From: a bacterium
GTDB taxonomy: Bacteria > Muiribacteriota > UBA6191
Direction: 5' to 3'
Assembly: GCA_036339875.1 (NCBI GenBank)
Contig: JAYZAC010000136.1
Location: forward strand, 1-36,096
DNA: 36,096 nt
The notes beneath the pieces were generated by a model. The model searched no databases. It was not told the origin of the DNA and saw nothing but the letters and a program-made list of their open reading frames with translations. A program made the translations under genes and the position numbers. Every line of letters begins with the position of its first letter. The first letter of the stretch is position 1. Below are positions 27,886 through 36,096 of the stretch, one piece after another.

Positions 27886-28971
27886 TTAATAAGTATCTTC
27901 AGTATTATTCTCTATCTTAGCCGTTTGGCTTCCACTCAGGACAGATTCAGTATGTTTATATGTCGCAGATTTCTTGGCTACTGCATCACCCATACTCGTG
28001 AGTGTAAATACAATGATGACTAACGCAAAGGCGGTGTATGAACCACCACGACGATGCGATGCTCTTGCTGCAGATGCGAGTCGAGCAACTGCCAGAAACA
28101 GAAAAAACAGAGTAGCCACAGCCAAGATAACAAAGCTTTTCGAGTACGCTGCGCTTGATAATGTAAAGCCATAAAACAAACCAAGAATTGGGAGAAGTGC
28201 TGCGCCGTACAAACCACAAATTGACCCACAGCTCTTTGCGAGCTCATAGCCTTCATCAGTGAGCTTATCATATTGCTTGCACATGAAGAACAACACACCT
28301 GCTCCAGTTACAGCAAAGCAAGCCGATAAAAAGAATAGGAATTTCCACCAAAAACCAGCAAATGTTAGATACTGCCAAGAAGAGGATGTCTCGGCCCAAT
28401 ACTGTGGATGTAACACAACTTCCATTGCTCCGATGATCAAATATGCTGACCAATAAATGAATAGAGGCGCAAATATCATCATCCAAGACAACGTATATGT
28501 CACTGTCGATTTACGAGTTTCGATTTCCTCCCTCAACGAAGCCGGTACATTATCTAACCCCTCTACCTGCTCCAACAAATGCTCCTCACGTAGACAAGAT
28601 CTGTATCTATAAAAGAAATAGAAACCCAAAAGCGTGGTTATAATTCCCCAAAACATAAATCCCACGACATGTATATCTGCTTTATAAAGCGATTGAGCAT
28701 ATACCACAACAATCGTGAAAACAGGGATCGCTCCGTAAAGTATTCCATAGTGTCTTTCAGGAAATACTTGAAGTAGAAGTTCTCTTGCGAATTCTTTTCT
28801 CGCCGGACTCCCATCAGAAATTAATCGATAAAAAACTGAGAGTGTCAAACTGCCCAAAGTCATCGCGAAAAAAGGAAGGTATATAATCAGTGTTATCGCG
28901 TAACAAAAATCTAATAATGTCAGTAAATTTCTACTTGGTGGTAAAATTATCGTTGTTAGTAAACTGTCCAT
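27886..28971 (-). CDS. Polytopic membrane protein (~8 TM), CydA-like by motif spacing, in the oxidase operon
   Basis: Multiple hydrophobic segments. SAYLIIGAMEVVLHP and KFLFFLSACFAVTGA echo CydA SA.WIL.ANSWMQ.P and RF.H...A...TGA. No CxxCH. GAGG SD. The CDS is solid; the family call is inference. Confidence 0.6.
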   Translation of the reverse strand: MDSLLTTIILPPSRNLLTLLDFCYAITLIIYLPFFAMTLGSLTLSVFYRLISDGSPARKEFARELLLQVFPERHYGILYGAIPVFTIVVVYAQSLYKADIHVVGFMFWGIITTLLGFYFFYRYRSCLREEHLLEQVEGLDNVPASLREEIETRKSTVTYTLSWMMIFAPLFIYWSAYLIIGAMEVVLHPQYWAETSSSWQYLTFAGFWWKFLFFLSACFAVTGAGVLFFMCKQYDKLTDEGYELAKSCGSICGLYGAALLPILGLFYGFTLSSAAYSKSFVILAVATLFFLFLAVARLASAARASHRRGGSYTAFALVIIVFTLTSMGDAVAKKSATYKHTESVLSGSQTAKIENNTEDTY

Positions 28972-28980
28972 ACTTTCCTC

Positions 28981-29877
28981 TCAAGAAAAACGGATTAATT
29001 GATCAATAAATGTTATTAACATAACCGCTAGAGCATAACTATTCAATTCCATGAAGGCTCGTTTGTAATTCACGGGATTAGCTTCGATGCGACAAAGTTT
29101 TATTTGTATTAGGCTTATCCATACACCTAGTATCGCAATGATAACACCACTTACCATGTTATCAATACCTCCATATACAGGTATTAATAATGCTGAACTA
29201 GCGGTTGCCAAGATCCATGAATAAACGATTCTGCCAAGCGAGGGTTCCGAAAATTTCTGGGTTACTGTTGGAAAACCTGCCTCTTCATATTCTTTTCTAT
29301 AATGAAGAGCTAACAGCCAAAAATGGGGAACTTGCCACATGAAGATGAAGAAACAGAAGGCTAAAATCGTAGGATCTGCCAAATGCCCACCGCCAATGTT
29401 CCACCCTATAAGTGGCGGCAGTACTCCAATGACTCCTCCAGGAATAACAGCGTAAGGGCTGACTCTCTTCAATGGCGTGTAGATACCGTTGTACCAAATG
29501 AGTGCTACGATACCTAACAGGGCTGGATTAGTACCTGCGCTCACATACAATGCTGCCACACCCACGCAAATAAGAGCGAGTGCTAGTCCTAAAACTGAAT
29601 ATGAACTCATCATCCCCGACGAAATCATGCGTCCTTTTGTTCTTCCCATACGAGCATCAAAATGATGCTCTTGAAAATGGTTCATCGCTGCAGAACCACT
29701 CGCAATTAAAAACAAGGCTAATGCCGGAATCGAGATTGCTGAGTCGAGACCTCTACGAGCCAATACAAACCCTACCAATGTCGTTGTGCACACAGCAATC
29801 GTGATCTTAAATTTTGTCATGCTGGCTAAAGCAGACAAATAATCATCGAATCCGTATGTACGACTATTCTGCAGCAT
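28981..29877 (-). CDS. ctaB: Protoheme IX farnesyltransferase (heme O synthase)
   Basis: MTKFKI, AMNHFQE..FDARMGRTKGR, YTPLKR, PPLIGW, FMWQVPHFWLLAL..R.EY..AGFP. TAATG coupling to ctaC. Confidence 0.95.
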   Translation of the reverse strand: MLQNSRTYGFDDYLSALASMTKFKITIAVCTTTLVGFVLARRGLDSAISIPALALFLIASGSAAMNHFQEHHFDARMGRTKGRMISSGMMSSYSVLGLALALICVGVAALYVSAGTNPALLGIVALIWYNGIYTPLKRVSPYAVIPGGVIGVLPPLIGWNIGGGHLADPTILAFCFFIFMWQVPHFWLLALHYRKEYEEAGFPTVTQKFSEPSLGRIVYSWILATASSALLIPVYGGIDNMVSGVIIAILGVWISLIQIKLCRIEANPVNYKRAFMELNSYALAVMLITFIDQLIRFS

Positions 29878-30812
29878 TATTTGATAGTTTTCATGTATGC
29901 GATGACTTGTTCTATCTTGGCATCGTTTAACGGTAAGACCGGCATCGCAGCTGGATACCCTTCTACTATTTCCGAATTCGGCATTTTAATCGAATTAGAA
30001 ATATATTCCGCATCAGTCTTCTTAGTTATGCCGCCTTGCAACTTAGCTGTTCTGCCCCATATTCCCTTGAAAGAAGGGCCTATTTTTCTACTACCATCAA
30101 TTGAGTGACACACAGCACATTGGGCACTGTAAATTTTTTCACCCGCTGAGGCAAGCATTGTAGGGTCTAATTTGACAGGAGCTTGACCATACCATTTATC
30201 GAACTCATCTTGTGGTAATATTTGGACTTTGGCATACATTTTAGAGTGCGCTTCACCGCAGTACTCTGCACAGAATACCTCATATACTCCTACTTTATTC
30301 GGAACAAACCACAAGTTGGATATTCTACCTCCTGGTAAAACATCATGTTTCACTCTGAAAGCAGGTATGTAGAAAGAATGTAGCACATCACTGGATGTCA
30401 TATCTAAAATGACAGCTTTTCCTACTGGCAACGTTAGTACTGGTACATCTTTTCCCTCATGACTCTTCATGTAGTCATTTTCTTTACCATTATCGTAGGT
30501 AAAAGCCCATGACCATTTCCAGCCCTGCACTTTGACGCGCATCGCATCCTTAGGCGCTTGAGACATTTTGTTGTAGTCCATACCTACAAAAAACATAAGC
30601 ATGACTAAAAAAGTCGGTATTACCGTCCAGATGATTTCAAGACCAACATTACCATGAATGTTCGTCGCTACCGGATTACGCTTCCGGCTGAATCGGATAC
30701 AACACCAGATCATAAAAACTGTAATTCCGACTAACACTATAGCATCCAGTGCGAAAACGAAAACGAACGCAAAGTCTACTTGGTTAGCAATATTAGATAA
30801 TCCTGAAAACAT
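29877..30812 (-). CDS. ctaC: Cytochrome c oxidase subunit II with fused C-terminal cytochrome c
   Basis: LEIIWTVIP, WSWAF.Y, DVLHSF, CuA motif CAEYCGEAHSKM, C-terminal CAVCH and AAMP. Start ATG 30812 after a GGGG SD. Confidence 0.96.
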   Translation of the reverse strand: MFSGLSNIANQVDFAFVFVFALDAIVLVGITVFMIWCCIRFSRKRNPVATNIHGNVGLEIIWTVIPTFLVMLMFFVGMDYNKMSQAPKDAMRVKVQGWKWSWAFTYDNGKENDYMKSHEGKDVPVLTLPVGKAVILDMTSSDVLHSFYIPAFRVKHDVLPGGRISNLWFVPNKVGVYEVFCAEYCGEAHSKMYAKVQILPQDEFDKWYGQAPVKLDPTMLASAGEKIYSAQCAVCHSIDGSRKIGPSFKGIWGRTAKLQGGITKKTDAEYISNSIKMPNSEIVEGYPAAMPVLPLNDAKIEQVIAYMKTIK

Positions 30813-30822
30813 GATTTCCCCT

Positions 30823-31125
30823 TTAACGAGTGGCGTAATCCGCAAACGTAAGACAGAAAACTACAAACATAAAAAATGTAGTTCCCAGTACGAAAGCCTG
30901 AATGTAGGTCTTTTCGTATTTAATATGCATAAAATAAGCTAAGACCAGTCCAGCTTTACAACTGGCAATTAACATGGCAATTGGCAAGTTAAATGCCCCA
31001 ACATCTATTCCGGCTGCAGCAACAGTAAGTCCTGTTAAAATCAATAAGCCTACATAGACCAAAGTGTGACTTCCGTAACTTACAATATGTACATGATCGT
31101 GTTCTTGTTCGTGCCCGTGACTCAT
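30823..31125 (-). CDS. ctaF: Cytochrome c oxidase subunit IV (prokaryotic)
   Basis: His-rich N-terminus, LLILTGLTV, IASCKAGLVLAYFMHIKYE. Position in the operon. Confidence 0.92.
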   Translation of the reverse strand: MSHGHEQEHDHVHIVSYGSHTLVYVGLLILTGLTVAAAGIDVGAFNLPIAMLIASCKAGLVLAYFMHIKYEKTYIQAFVLGTTFFMFVVFCLTFADYATR

Positions 31126-31134
31126 ATTATTCTC

Positions 31135-31956
31135 CTAGGCTACCAAATAAAATAATGGGAACAGGTATATCCAAATAAGATCCACCAAGTGCCAATACAA
31201 ACCTACGTTTTCCAGCCATCCAAAGTTTTCCGCCGTGACCGTATTCTTCAATACGCACCAAAACATCCAGAGCAGCAGAACCACACCAATGAGTACGTGA
31301 AAACCATGAAGACCGGTCATCGTAAAATACATTCCGTAGAAAATTACCTGTCCACGTGTGTATCTCGTATGTGTATATTCTTTCGCCTCTTCAGCACTGA
31401 TACCTGCAGGAGCAGGATTCCCATTAGAATCAACCTTGATAGCATTGAAAGCCGCGATGGATAAACCAGATTCCTTATATTCGGTAGTGTAAGCTTTTTT
31501 GAGATCCGAAGGTCCGTAAATGGATTCTAAAGCCGCAATCTTCGCTGGAAACAAGTGGTGTTCGAACTTGGCTGTCCATTCAAAATACTTTACCACCATA
31601 AAAGTCAGAGCAAGAAGAACAGTTATGGCTATGTGCGTTAAAGCCCAAAATTTACTTCCTTTTTGCAATGCAGTGATGGCGTAAACCATAGTCAGTGAAC
31701 TTGTCAAAAGCACAAGAGTGTTACCAGCTCCTTTGAAGAGATTGAGACTTTTTCCCGCCGCGTGGAAATCAGCCGCATACTCTCCAGTACCGTAGACAAA
31801 TAGTGCTAGGAACATTCCGCCGAAAAGTACGAGTTCCGTAAACAAAAATAACCACATTCCAAACTTACCACCCTCATAATCCGTATGATGATGATCAAAA
31901 TGGAATAATTCCTCTTGATTGACTTGTGTATCTTGTGCTTCCACTGTTGCACTCAT
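31135..31956 (-). CDS. ctaE: Cytochrome c oxidase subunit III
   Basis: GMWLFLFTELVLFGG, NTLVLLTSS, YFTMTGLHGFHV, GLYWHLVDLIWIYLFPLFY. TAATG coupling to ctaD. Confidence 0.96.
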   Translation of the reverse strand: MSATVEAQDTQVNQEELFHFDHHHTDYEGGKFGMWLFLFTELVLFGGMFLALFVYGTGEYAADFHAAGKSLNLFKGAGNTLVLLTSSLTMVYAITALQKGSKFWALTHIAITVLLALTFMVVKYFEWTAKFEHHLFPAKIAALESIYGPSDLKKAYTTEYKESGLSIAAFNAIKVDSNGNPAPAGISAEEAKEYTHTRYTRGQVIFYGMYFTMTGLHGFHVLIGVVLLLWMFWCVLKNTVTAENFGWLENVGLYWHLVDLIWIYLFPLFYLVA

Positions 31957-33656
31957 TAGACCCACTCTCCTGGATAATCATATGGACCGTGGTCCAGCTT
32001 CGGTTTCTTATAAAAGTTAATTAATACTGGCGGAGTGGGACACTCTGTCCATTCCAAAGTTTTACCACCCCAAGGATTTTGAGGTGCCTTTTTACCTGTG
32101 AATAATGAGATAAACAAGTTTCCAAACACTATTAGAAGACCAGTAATCATTATGAATGAACCGTAACTCCCCACTTGGTGTAGACCTTGAAACTCAGGTA
32201 AATAATCGTGATATCTTCTAGGCATACCTTGTAAACCAACTACTAGCATGGAACCGTAAAGAACATTGAATCCTACGAAGAACAGTGCCCAACCAATGTA
32301 AGCGGCGGTAAAATTGTACATCTTTCCAAACATTTTGGGGTACCAATAATGCAATGCTGCAAATACTGCGACTCCGCCACCACCGAACATCGTGTAGTGA
32401 AAATGACCCACTACATAATATGTGTCGTGCACGTGAAGGTCTGTTGAGACCATTCCTAGTGCTAGACCAGTGAATCCGCCAATACTGAACAAAAATACAA
32501 AGCTTAATCCCCATATCATTGGAGGATCTAATTGAATAGACCCCTTATATAACGTGGCCAACCAATTAAATACCTTCACAGCGGTTGGAACCGCCACAAA
32601 AAACGTGATAAATGAAAAAATCGCAACAGATGCTTCAGACATGCCAGATGTAAACATGTGATGAGCCCACACAAAATATCCCACAAAAGCAATCCCTATC
32701 ATACTCAAGACCATTGAGGTGTATCCAAATATGGTTCGTTGAGAGAAAGTAGCTATTATTTCGGATACGACACCCATCCCGGGAATCACCATGACGTAAA
32801 CTGCAGGATGCGAATAGATCCAAAACATATGTTGATACAGAACCGGGTCGCCCCCCAATGCCGCATCAAAAATTCCTATACCGAATGCTCTTTCCATTAT
32901 CAATAATGCTAATGTGATTCCGATTACTGGAGTTGCAAGAACTTGAATCCAAGCAGTTCCGTAAAGACCCCACACGAATAACGGCATATCCATCCACTTC
33001 TGTTTTGGGTGCCTCATGCGATGAATTGTAGATACAAAGTTCAAGCCTGTGAATATGGATGAGAATCCTAAAATAAAAGCCGCAAAAACAGCCAGACTTA
33101 CATTGGAATTGGCCGTAGTACTGTACGGAGCATAGAACGTCCATCCACCATCCGGTGCCACCCAATGTACTCCACTCGATGCGTCATAACCCACAAAAAG
33201 TGACAATGCCGCAATGAGCGCGCCCCCCATAAACATATACCATGAGAGCAAATTTAGTCTGGGAAACTGAACATCAGCCGCCCCGATGTGTATAGGAAGG
33301 AAGAAATTTCCAAATATAGCCGGAATCCCTGGTATTACAAACAGAAAGATCATAATCACACCGTGAAGCGTGAATACAGAATTGTAGGTTGTGGCACTGA
33401 TGAAATCTTGTCCCGGCCAGAACAATTCAAGACGAATGGTCAAACCTAAGCTTACTCCGATCGCAAAAAATGAAAACATTGCGATGAGATATAGGATACC
33501 AATACGTTTGTGATCAGTTGACAATACCCAACTATGTAGCCATGCCAGGAACTTAAAGAATGGGTTGGTCTTCCCCATTTCAGCCATTGTTGCGTATAAA
33601 TCAGCAAGAACGACTGCCTGGTCTTCATAATAAGGTTTATTCACCGCGTAACTCAC
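31956..33656 (-). CDS. ctaD: Cytochrome c oxidase subunit I, A2-type heme-copper oxidase
   Basis: TDHKRIG, TLHGVIMIF, GWTFY, WIYSHPAVY (A2 YS motif), WAHHMF, VGHFHY, GMPRRY. GTG start overlaps the sco stop (GTGA). Confidence 0.98.
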   Translation of the reverse strand: MSYAVNKPYYEDQAVVLADLYATMAEMGKTNPFFKFLAWLHSWVLSTDHKRIGILYLIAMFSFFAIGVSLGLTIRLELFWPGQDFISATTYNSVFTLHGVIMIFLFVIPGIPAIFGNFFLPIHIGAADVQFPRLNLLSWYMFMGGALIAALSLFVGYDASSGVHWVAPDGGWTFYAPYSTTANSNVSLAVFAAFILGFSSIFTGLNFVSTIHRMRHPKQKWMDMPLFVWGLYGTAWIQVLATPVIGITLALLIMERAFGIGIFDAALGGDPVLYQHMFWIYSHPAVYVMVIPGMGVVSEIIATFSQRTIFGYTSMVLSMIGIAFVGYFVWAHHMFTSGMSEASVAIFSFITFFVAVPTAVKVFNWLATLYKGSIQLDPPMIWGLSFVFLFSIGGFTGLALGMVSTDLHVHDTYYVVGHFHYTMFGGGGVAVFAALHYWYPKMFGKMYNFTAAYIGWALFFVGFNVLYGSMLVVGLQGMPRRYHDYLPEFQGLHQVGSYGSFIMITGLLIVFGNLFISLFTGKKAPQNPWGGKTLEWTECPTPPVLINFYKKPKLDHGPYDYPGEWV

Positions 33657-34501
33657 GAGTTTCCCCCTTCTTCTTCATCGTCTTCGAATCGGTCTAATGG
33701 ATTAACCTTTTTAGCCCTGGAAACGAAGAGAAATATCCCGACGATCCACAGTAACAATAAAGTACCAACGACGCGCAGGATGTTAAAGACATATTTACGA
33801 CCCTCAGGGTCATAACTGAAACAATATTTAAGTAATTTGGCCACTGTCGGACCAGTTTTTTCTTCCGCTGCCTCGGCAAGCGACATTTTTACATCAAATG
33901 GCAAAAATTTATCTCCGTAGAGATAACGCGCTATTTTGCCCGATGGAGACACTGCCATCAATGACCCGGAATGCGTGAAATGACCGTCATCCGTGCGCTT
34001 GTATTTCCATCCAAAAGCGCTGGTTAACAAATCAATGGTTTCTTGATCCCCTACTGACCATCTCCAAGCATCGGGGTCGATATTACGTTTCAGGTCTGAA
34101 AGGTAATTTGCTTTCTTCTCAGCGGCCAAAACGTGATCTTCCGTAGGGTCTATACTCAAAGTAACAACGTTGAAATCAATGCCAGGAACAGTATCAATAC
34201 TTTCTAAAACACGTGACTTACCTGCCAATAGAGGACTGCAGATTCCGGGACACCTATAATAGACAAAAGAAAATAAAACTGGTTTATCAAATAATTCTTT
34301 GAGCTGGTATTTACGCCCTTGATCGTCTGTCAGCCAACGATCTAGCGGTATGTAACCACCCAAATTCTCTTTGATTCCAATAAATTCTTTATCAGCTTCT
34401 GGCACTTGAGGTGAATCAGTCGCATTGCTTGTCGTGATATCACTTGCAGTCGTAGCCAAAAGACTCAAAGTCATACAAAATATGTAAAAAAACGTCTTCA
34501 T
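33653..34501 (-). CDS. SCO family copper chaperone with C-terminal TM anchor
   Basis: Signal peptide, YYRCPGICS (CxxxC), SIDP, FTHSG (His), RYLYG, C-terminal YCFSYDP.GRKY plus a TM helix. Confidence 0.92.
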   Translation of the reverse strand: MKTFFYIFCMTLSLLATTASDITTSNATDSPQVPEADKEFIGIKENLGGYIPLDRWLTDDQGRKYQLKELFDKPVLFSFVYYRCPGICSPLLAGKSRVLESIDTVPGIDFNVVTLSIDPTEDHVLAAEKKANYLSDLKRNIDPDAWRWSVGDQETIDLLTSAFGWKYKRTDDGHFTHSGSLMAVSPSGKIARYLYGDKFLPFDVKMSLAEAAEEKTGPTVAKLLKYCFSYDPEGRKYVFNILRVVGTLLLLWIVGIFLFVSRAKKVNPLDRFEDDEEEGGNS

Positions 34502-34646
34502 ATGTTAAAAGAGCTCCATTGAGTAGGAGGGCCATCACTTTTTTGCAATATAACAGAGACCTAGATGGCATGCACCATTTTTTGACTGTTTGGGAACGTG
34601 AAAAATTCAGTAATTATCCATGTTCCATACTGGACATGGTTTACCG

Positions 34647-36002
34647 CTATTGAACACCTGTAATCTCGTTAGCAGTTTTGAGGCCATGCAAGATACAGTC
34701 TCCCAACGAAACACCACCGACATAATTGCAGCTAAAATACAATCCGAGTTTATCGTATGTATTTGAGTTCAAATGCTTTTGCAGAGCAGCCTGCCGAATA
34801 TCATACTGAGGAATTGCATGGCTCCATTGTGAATTATGTAACAAGCGCATATTACCGTCCATTTTCAGTACTTCTTTTAATTCTTTATGTACAAGTTCAG
34901 CATGAAAATTCGCTTTATAACTATATAAATCTGGGTATAATTGCCCACCCGAAAAAACCGTATGAATTTCTTGTTCTATTGAGCATCGATCTTCGAAACA
35001 TGAGGCTGGCCACAGACAACCTAAAATTTTTGAGGGTTCATATTGCTGACTTAAAAATCCGAATCCTCTGTCCTTTACTTTTGCTTGAGATTTTAAGGAT
35101 GAAAAATGAAAAACTCTCAACGACGGATAGATTAACAAATTTAGATGCCTCTTTAATGATTCAAAATTGGTGCCTCTCAAAATTTTACAGGCAATGTGTG
35201 CTGGTAGACTTATCACTAGCTTTTGAGCAAAAATAGTCTCATTTTCTGAACTTATTTCAAAACCATGACCTCGGACAGCCTTGATCTCTTTTACCGCATT
35301 GTTAGTTCTTATAGAATCTACTAAAAGATCAGCCATGCGATTAGTTAATGATTGAAGACCACCTCTGAAACTTATTAGGCCACGGTAAGGTTTTTCTACT
35401 CGATCTGAACCTAAACCCTCCAAAATTAAACCTAACGGAATGGAATTGTAACGTGATTCAAGTTTAAATAAATTGGGGAATGCCTGCTTTACAAGAAGGC
35501 TTTTACAATCTCCAGCGTAGATACCAGATACAAATGGAATAACCAATTCGCTAGTTAATTTTCTTCCTATTTTCCTGCAAAAGAAATCATAAACCGATTC
35601 AGTCTCGCCACATGGTGCTGCTGATGAAAACGTTAAGGCACCAAGTCGAAGTTTCGAGCTTGAATTCAGTTTTGCTAAAATACTTCTTGGCGTGATTTGC
35701 CAAATCTCATTACCTCTTCTCAAAAATCTCTTTTTTGAGCCAGCCTTAGGCGTAACTATTTCAGTGAACATGTTCAGATCTCTTAAAAAGGAGAGTACTT
35801 TTTGAGATTTCAGCATCAGGGAATTTGGTCCAATTTCAACAAGATTATCGTCCACTTTTTTGGACTCCACATTCCCACCACATCTACCACTAGATTCTAG
35901 TATTAATAATTTTCGGGGATCTAGACCTTTTTTGATTAAGCTAACGCCTGTAGAGAGACCACTTATTCCAGCACCACAAATCACAACATCATATTTCTGC
36001 AT
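34647..36002 (-). CDS. hemY: HemY-type FAD-dependent (proto/copro)porphyrinogen oxidase
   Basis: GAGISGL, E...R.GG, EIGPNS, PFVSGIYAGD, SFRGGLQSL, GFGFL, W..AIPQY, NYVGGVSLGDCI. Substrate (proto vs copro) cannot be determined by eye. Confidence 0.92.
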   Translation of the reverse strand: MQKYDVVICGAGISGLSTGVSLIKKGLDPRKLLILESSGRCGGNVESKKVDDNLVEIGPNSLMLKSQKVLSFLRDLNMFTEIVTPKAGSKKRFLRRGNEIWQITPRSILAKLNSSSKLRLGALTFSSAAPCGETESVYDFFCRKIGRKLTSELVIPFVSGIYAGDCKSLLVKQAFPNLFKLESRYNSIPLGLILEGLGSDRVEKPYRGLISFRGGLQSLTNRMADLLVDSIRTNNAVKEIKAVRGHGFEISSENETIFAQKLVISLPAHIACKILRGTNFESLKRHLNLLIYPSLRVFHFSSLKSQAKVKDRGFGFLSQQYEPSKILGCLWPASCFEDRCSIEQEIHTVFSGGQLYPDLYSYKANFHAELVHKELKEVLKMDGNMRLLHNSQWSHAIPQYDIRQAALQKHLNSNTYDKLGLYFSCNYVGGVSLGDCILHGLKTANEITGVQ

Positions 36003-36008
36003 CCCCTA

Positions 36009-36037
36009 AACATAGTTAAATCATGTCAGGAGTACAA
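36009..36037 (-). promoter_or_regulatory. Putative sigma70 promoter for hemY, possibly leaderless
   Basis: TTGTAC (36032-36037), 17 nt, TATGTT (36009-36014), 6 nt, ATG 36002. Confidence 0.45.
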
Positions 36038-36077
36038 GTGATTGAACCATGGTATCCTCAGCTCCGAAGGATATACC

Positions 36078-36096
36078 ATGAAAAAACTCTTTATCG
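36078..36096 (+). CDS. 5' end of a divergent gene truncated by the window edge (MKKLFI..., signal-peptide-like)
   Basis: AAGGA SD, then ATG AAA AAA CTC TTT ATC; TGgTATCCT upstream. Only six codons are visible. Confidence 0.5.

Noticed and set aside
34597..34612. Rex-like GTGAAAAATTCAG upstream of the oxidase operon
   Set aside because: The spacer is one base short and the flanks mismatch.
34618..34639. Hairpin CCATGTTCCA-TAC-TGGACATGG after hemY
   Set aside because: Bulged stem without a convincing U-tract on the coding strand; too weak to call a terminator.
11924..35236. Many 60-160 aa track ORFs nested in or antisense to pntAB, pgi, tal, ccsBA, the oxidase genes and hemY
   Set aside because: They overlap well-supported genes and show no family motifs; expected shadow ORFs.
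36066..36080. GAAGGATATACCATG resembles the pET/T7 ribosome-binding region
   Set aside because: Not identical (lacks GA) and no other vector sequence nearby; taken as a native SD.
1..36096. CRISPR arrays, tRNA/rRNA, IS elements, prophage or known defence genes
   Set aside because: No regularly spaced DNA repeats, RNA-gene signatures or mobility genes seen by eye; intergenic gaps are short and the repeats present are protein-level only.

Overview
AT-rich bacterial chromosomal segment, densely coding, with no rRNA, tRNA, CRISPR array, transposase or integrase that I can see. The left ~12 kb (minus strand) is the least explained part. It holds putP, a class I/II aminotransferase and an Npt/TLC-like transporter, then a two-gene unit: a ~685-aa protein ending in four MshEN-type (c-di-GMP-binding) motifs, and a >1720-aa membrane protein (TerB-like N-terminus, TPR-like segment, ~7 TM helices, DUF4116-like repeats, Sel1 repeats). 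That giant gene is missing from the supplied ORF track because it runs off the left edge. The middle holds a YiiX-like amidase, pntAB, a decayed ABC-ATPase remnant, an esterase/TPR/DCC trio and a PPTase. The right ~17 kb is a respiration and heme cluster: hemH-pgi-tal, system II cytochrome c biogenesis (ccsB-ccsA), an A2-type heme-copper oxidase operon (sco-ctaD-ctaE-ctaF-ctaC-ctaB, no ctaA in the window) with two accessory genes (a CydA-like membrane protein lacking the heme His ligands, and a cytochrome c), and a HemY-type oxidase. Several genes look leaderless. All family calls come from motif recognition by eye; no database searches were run.
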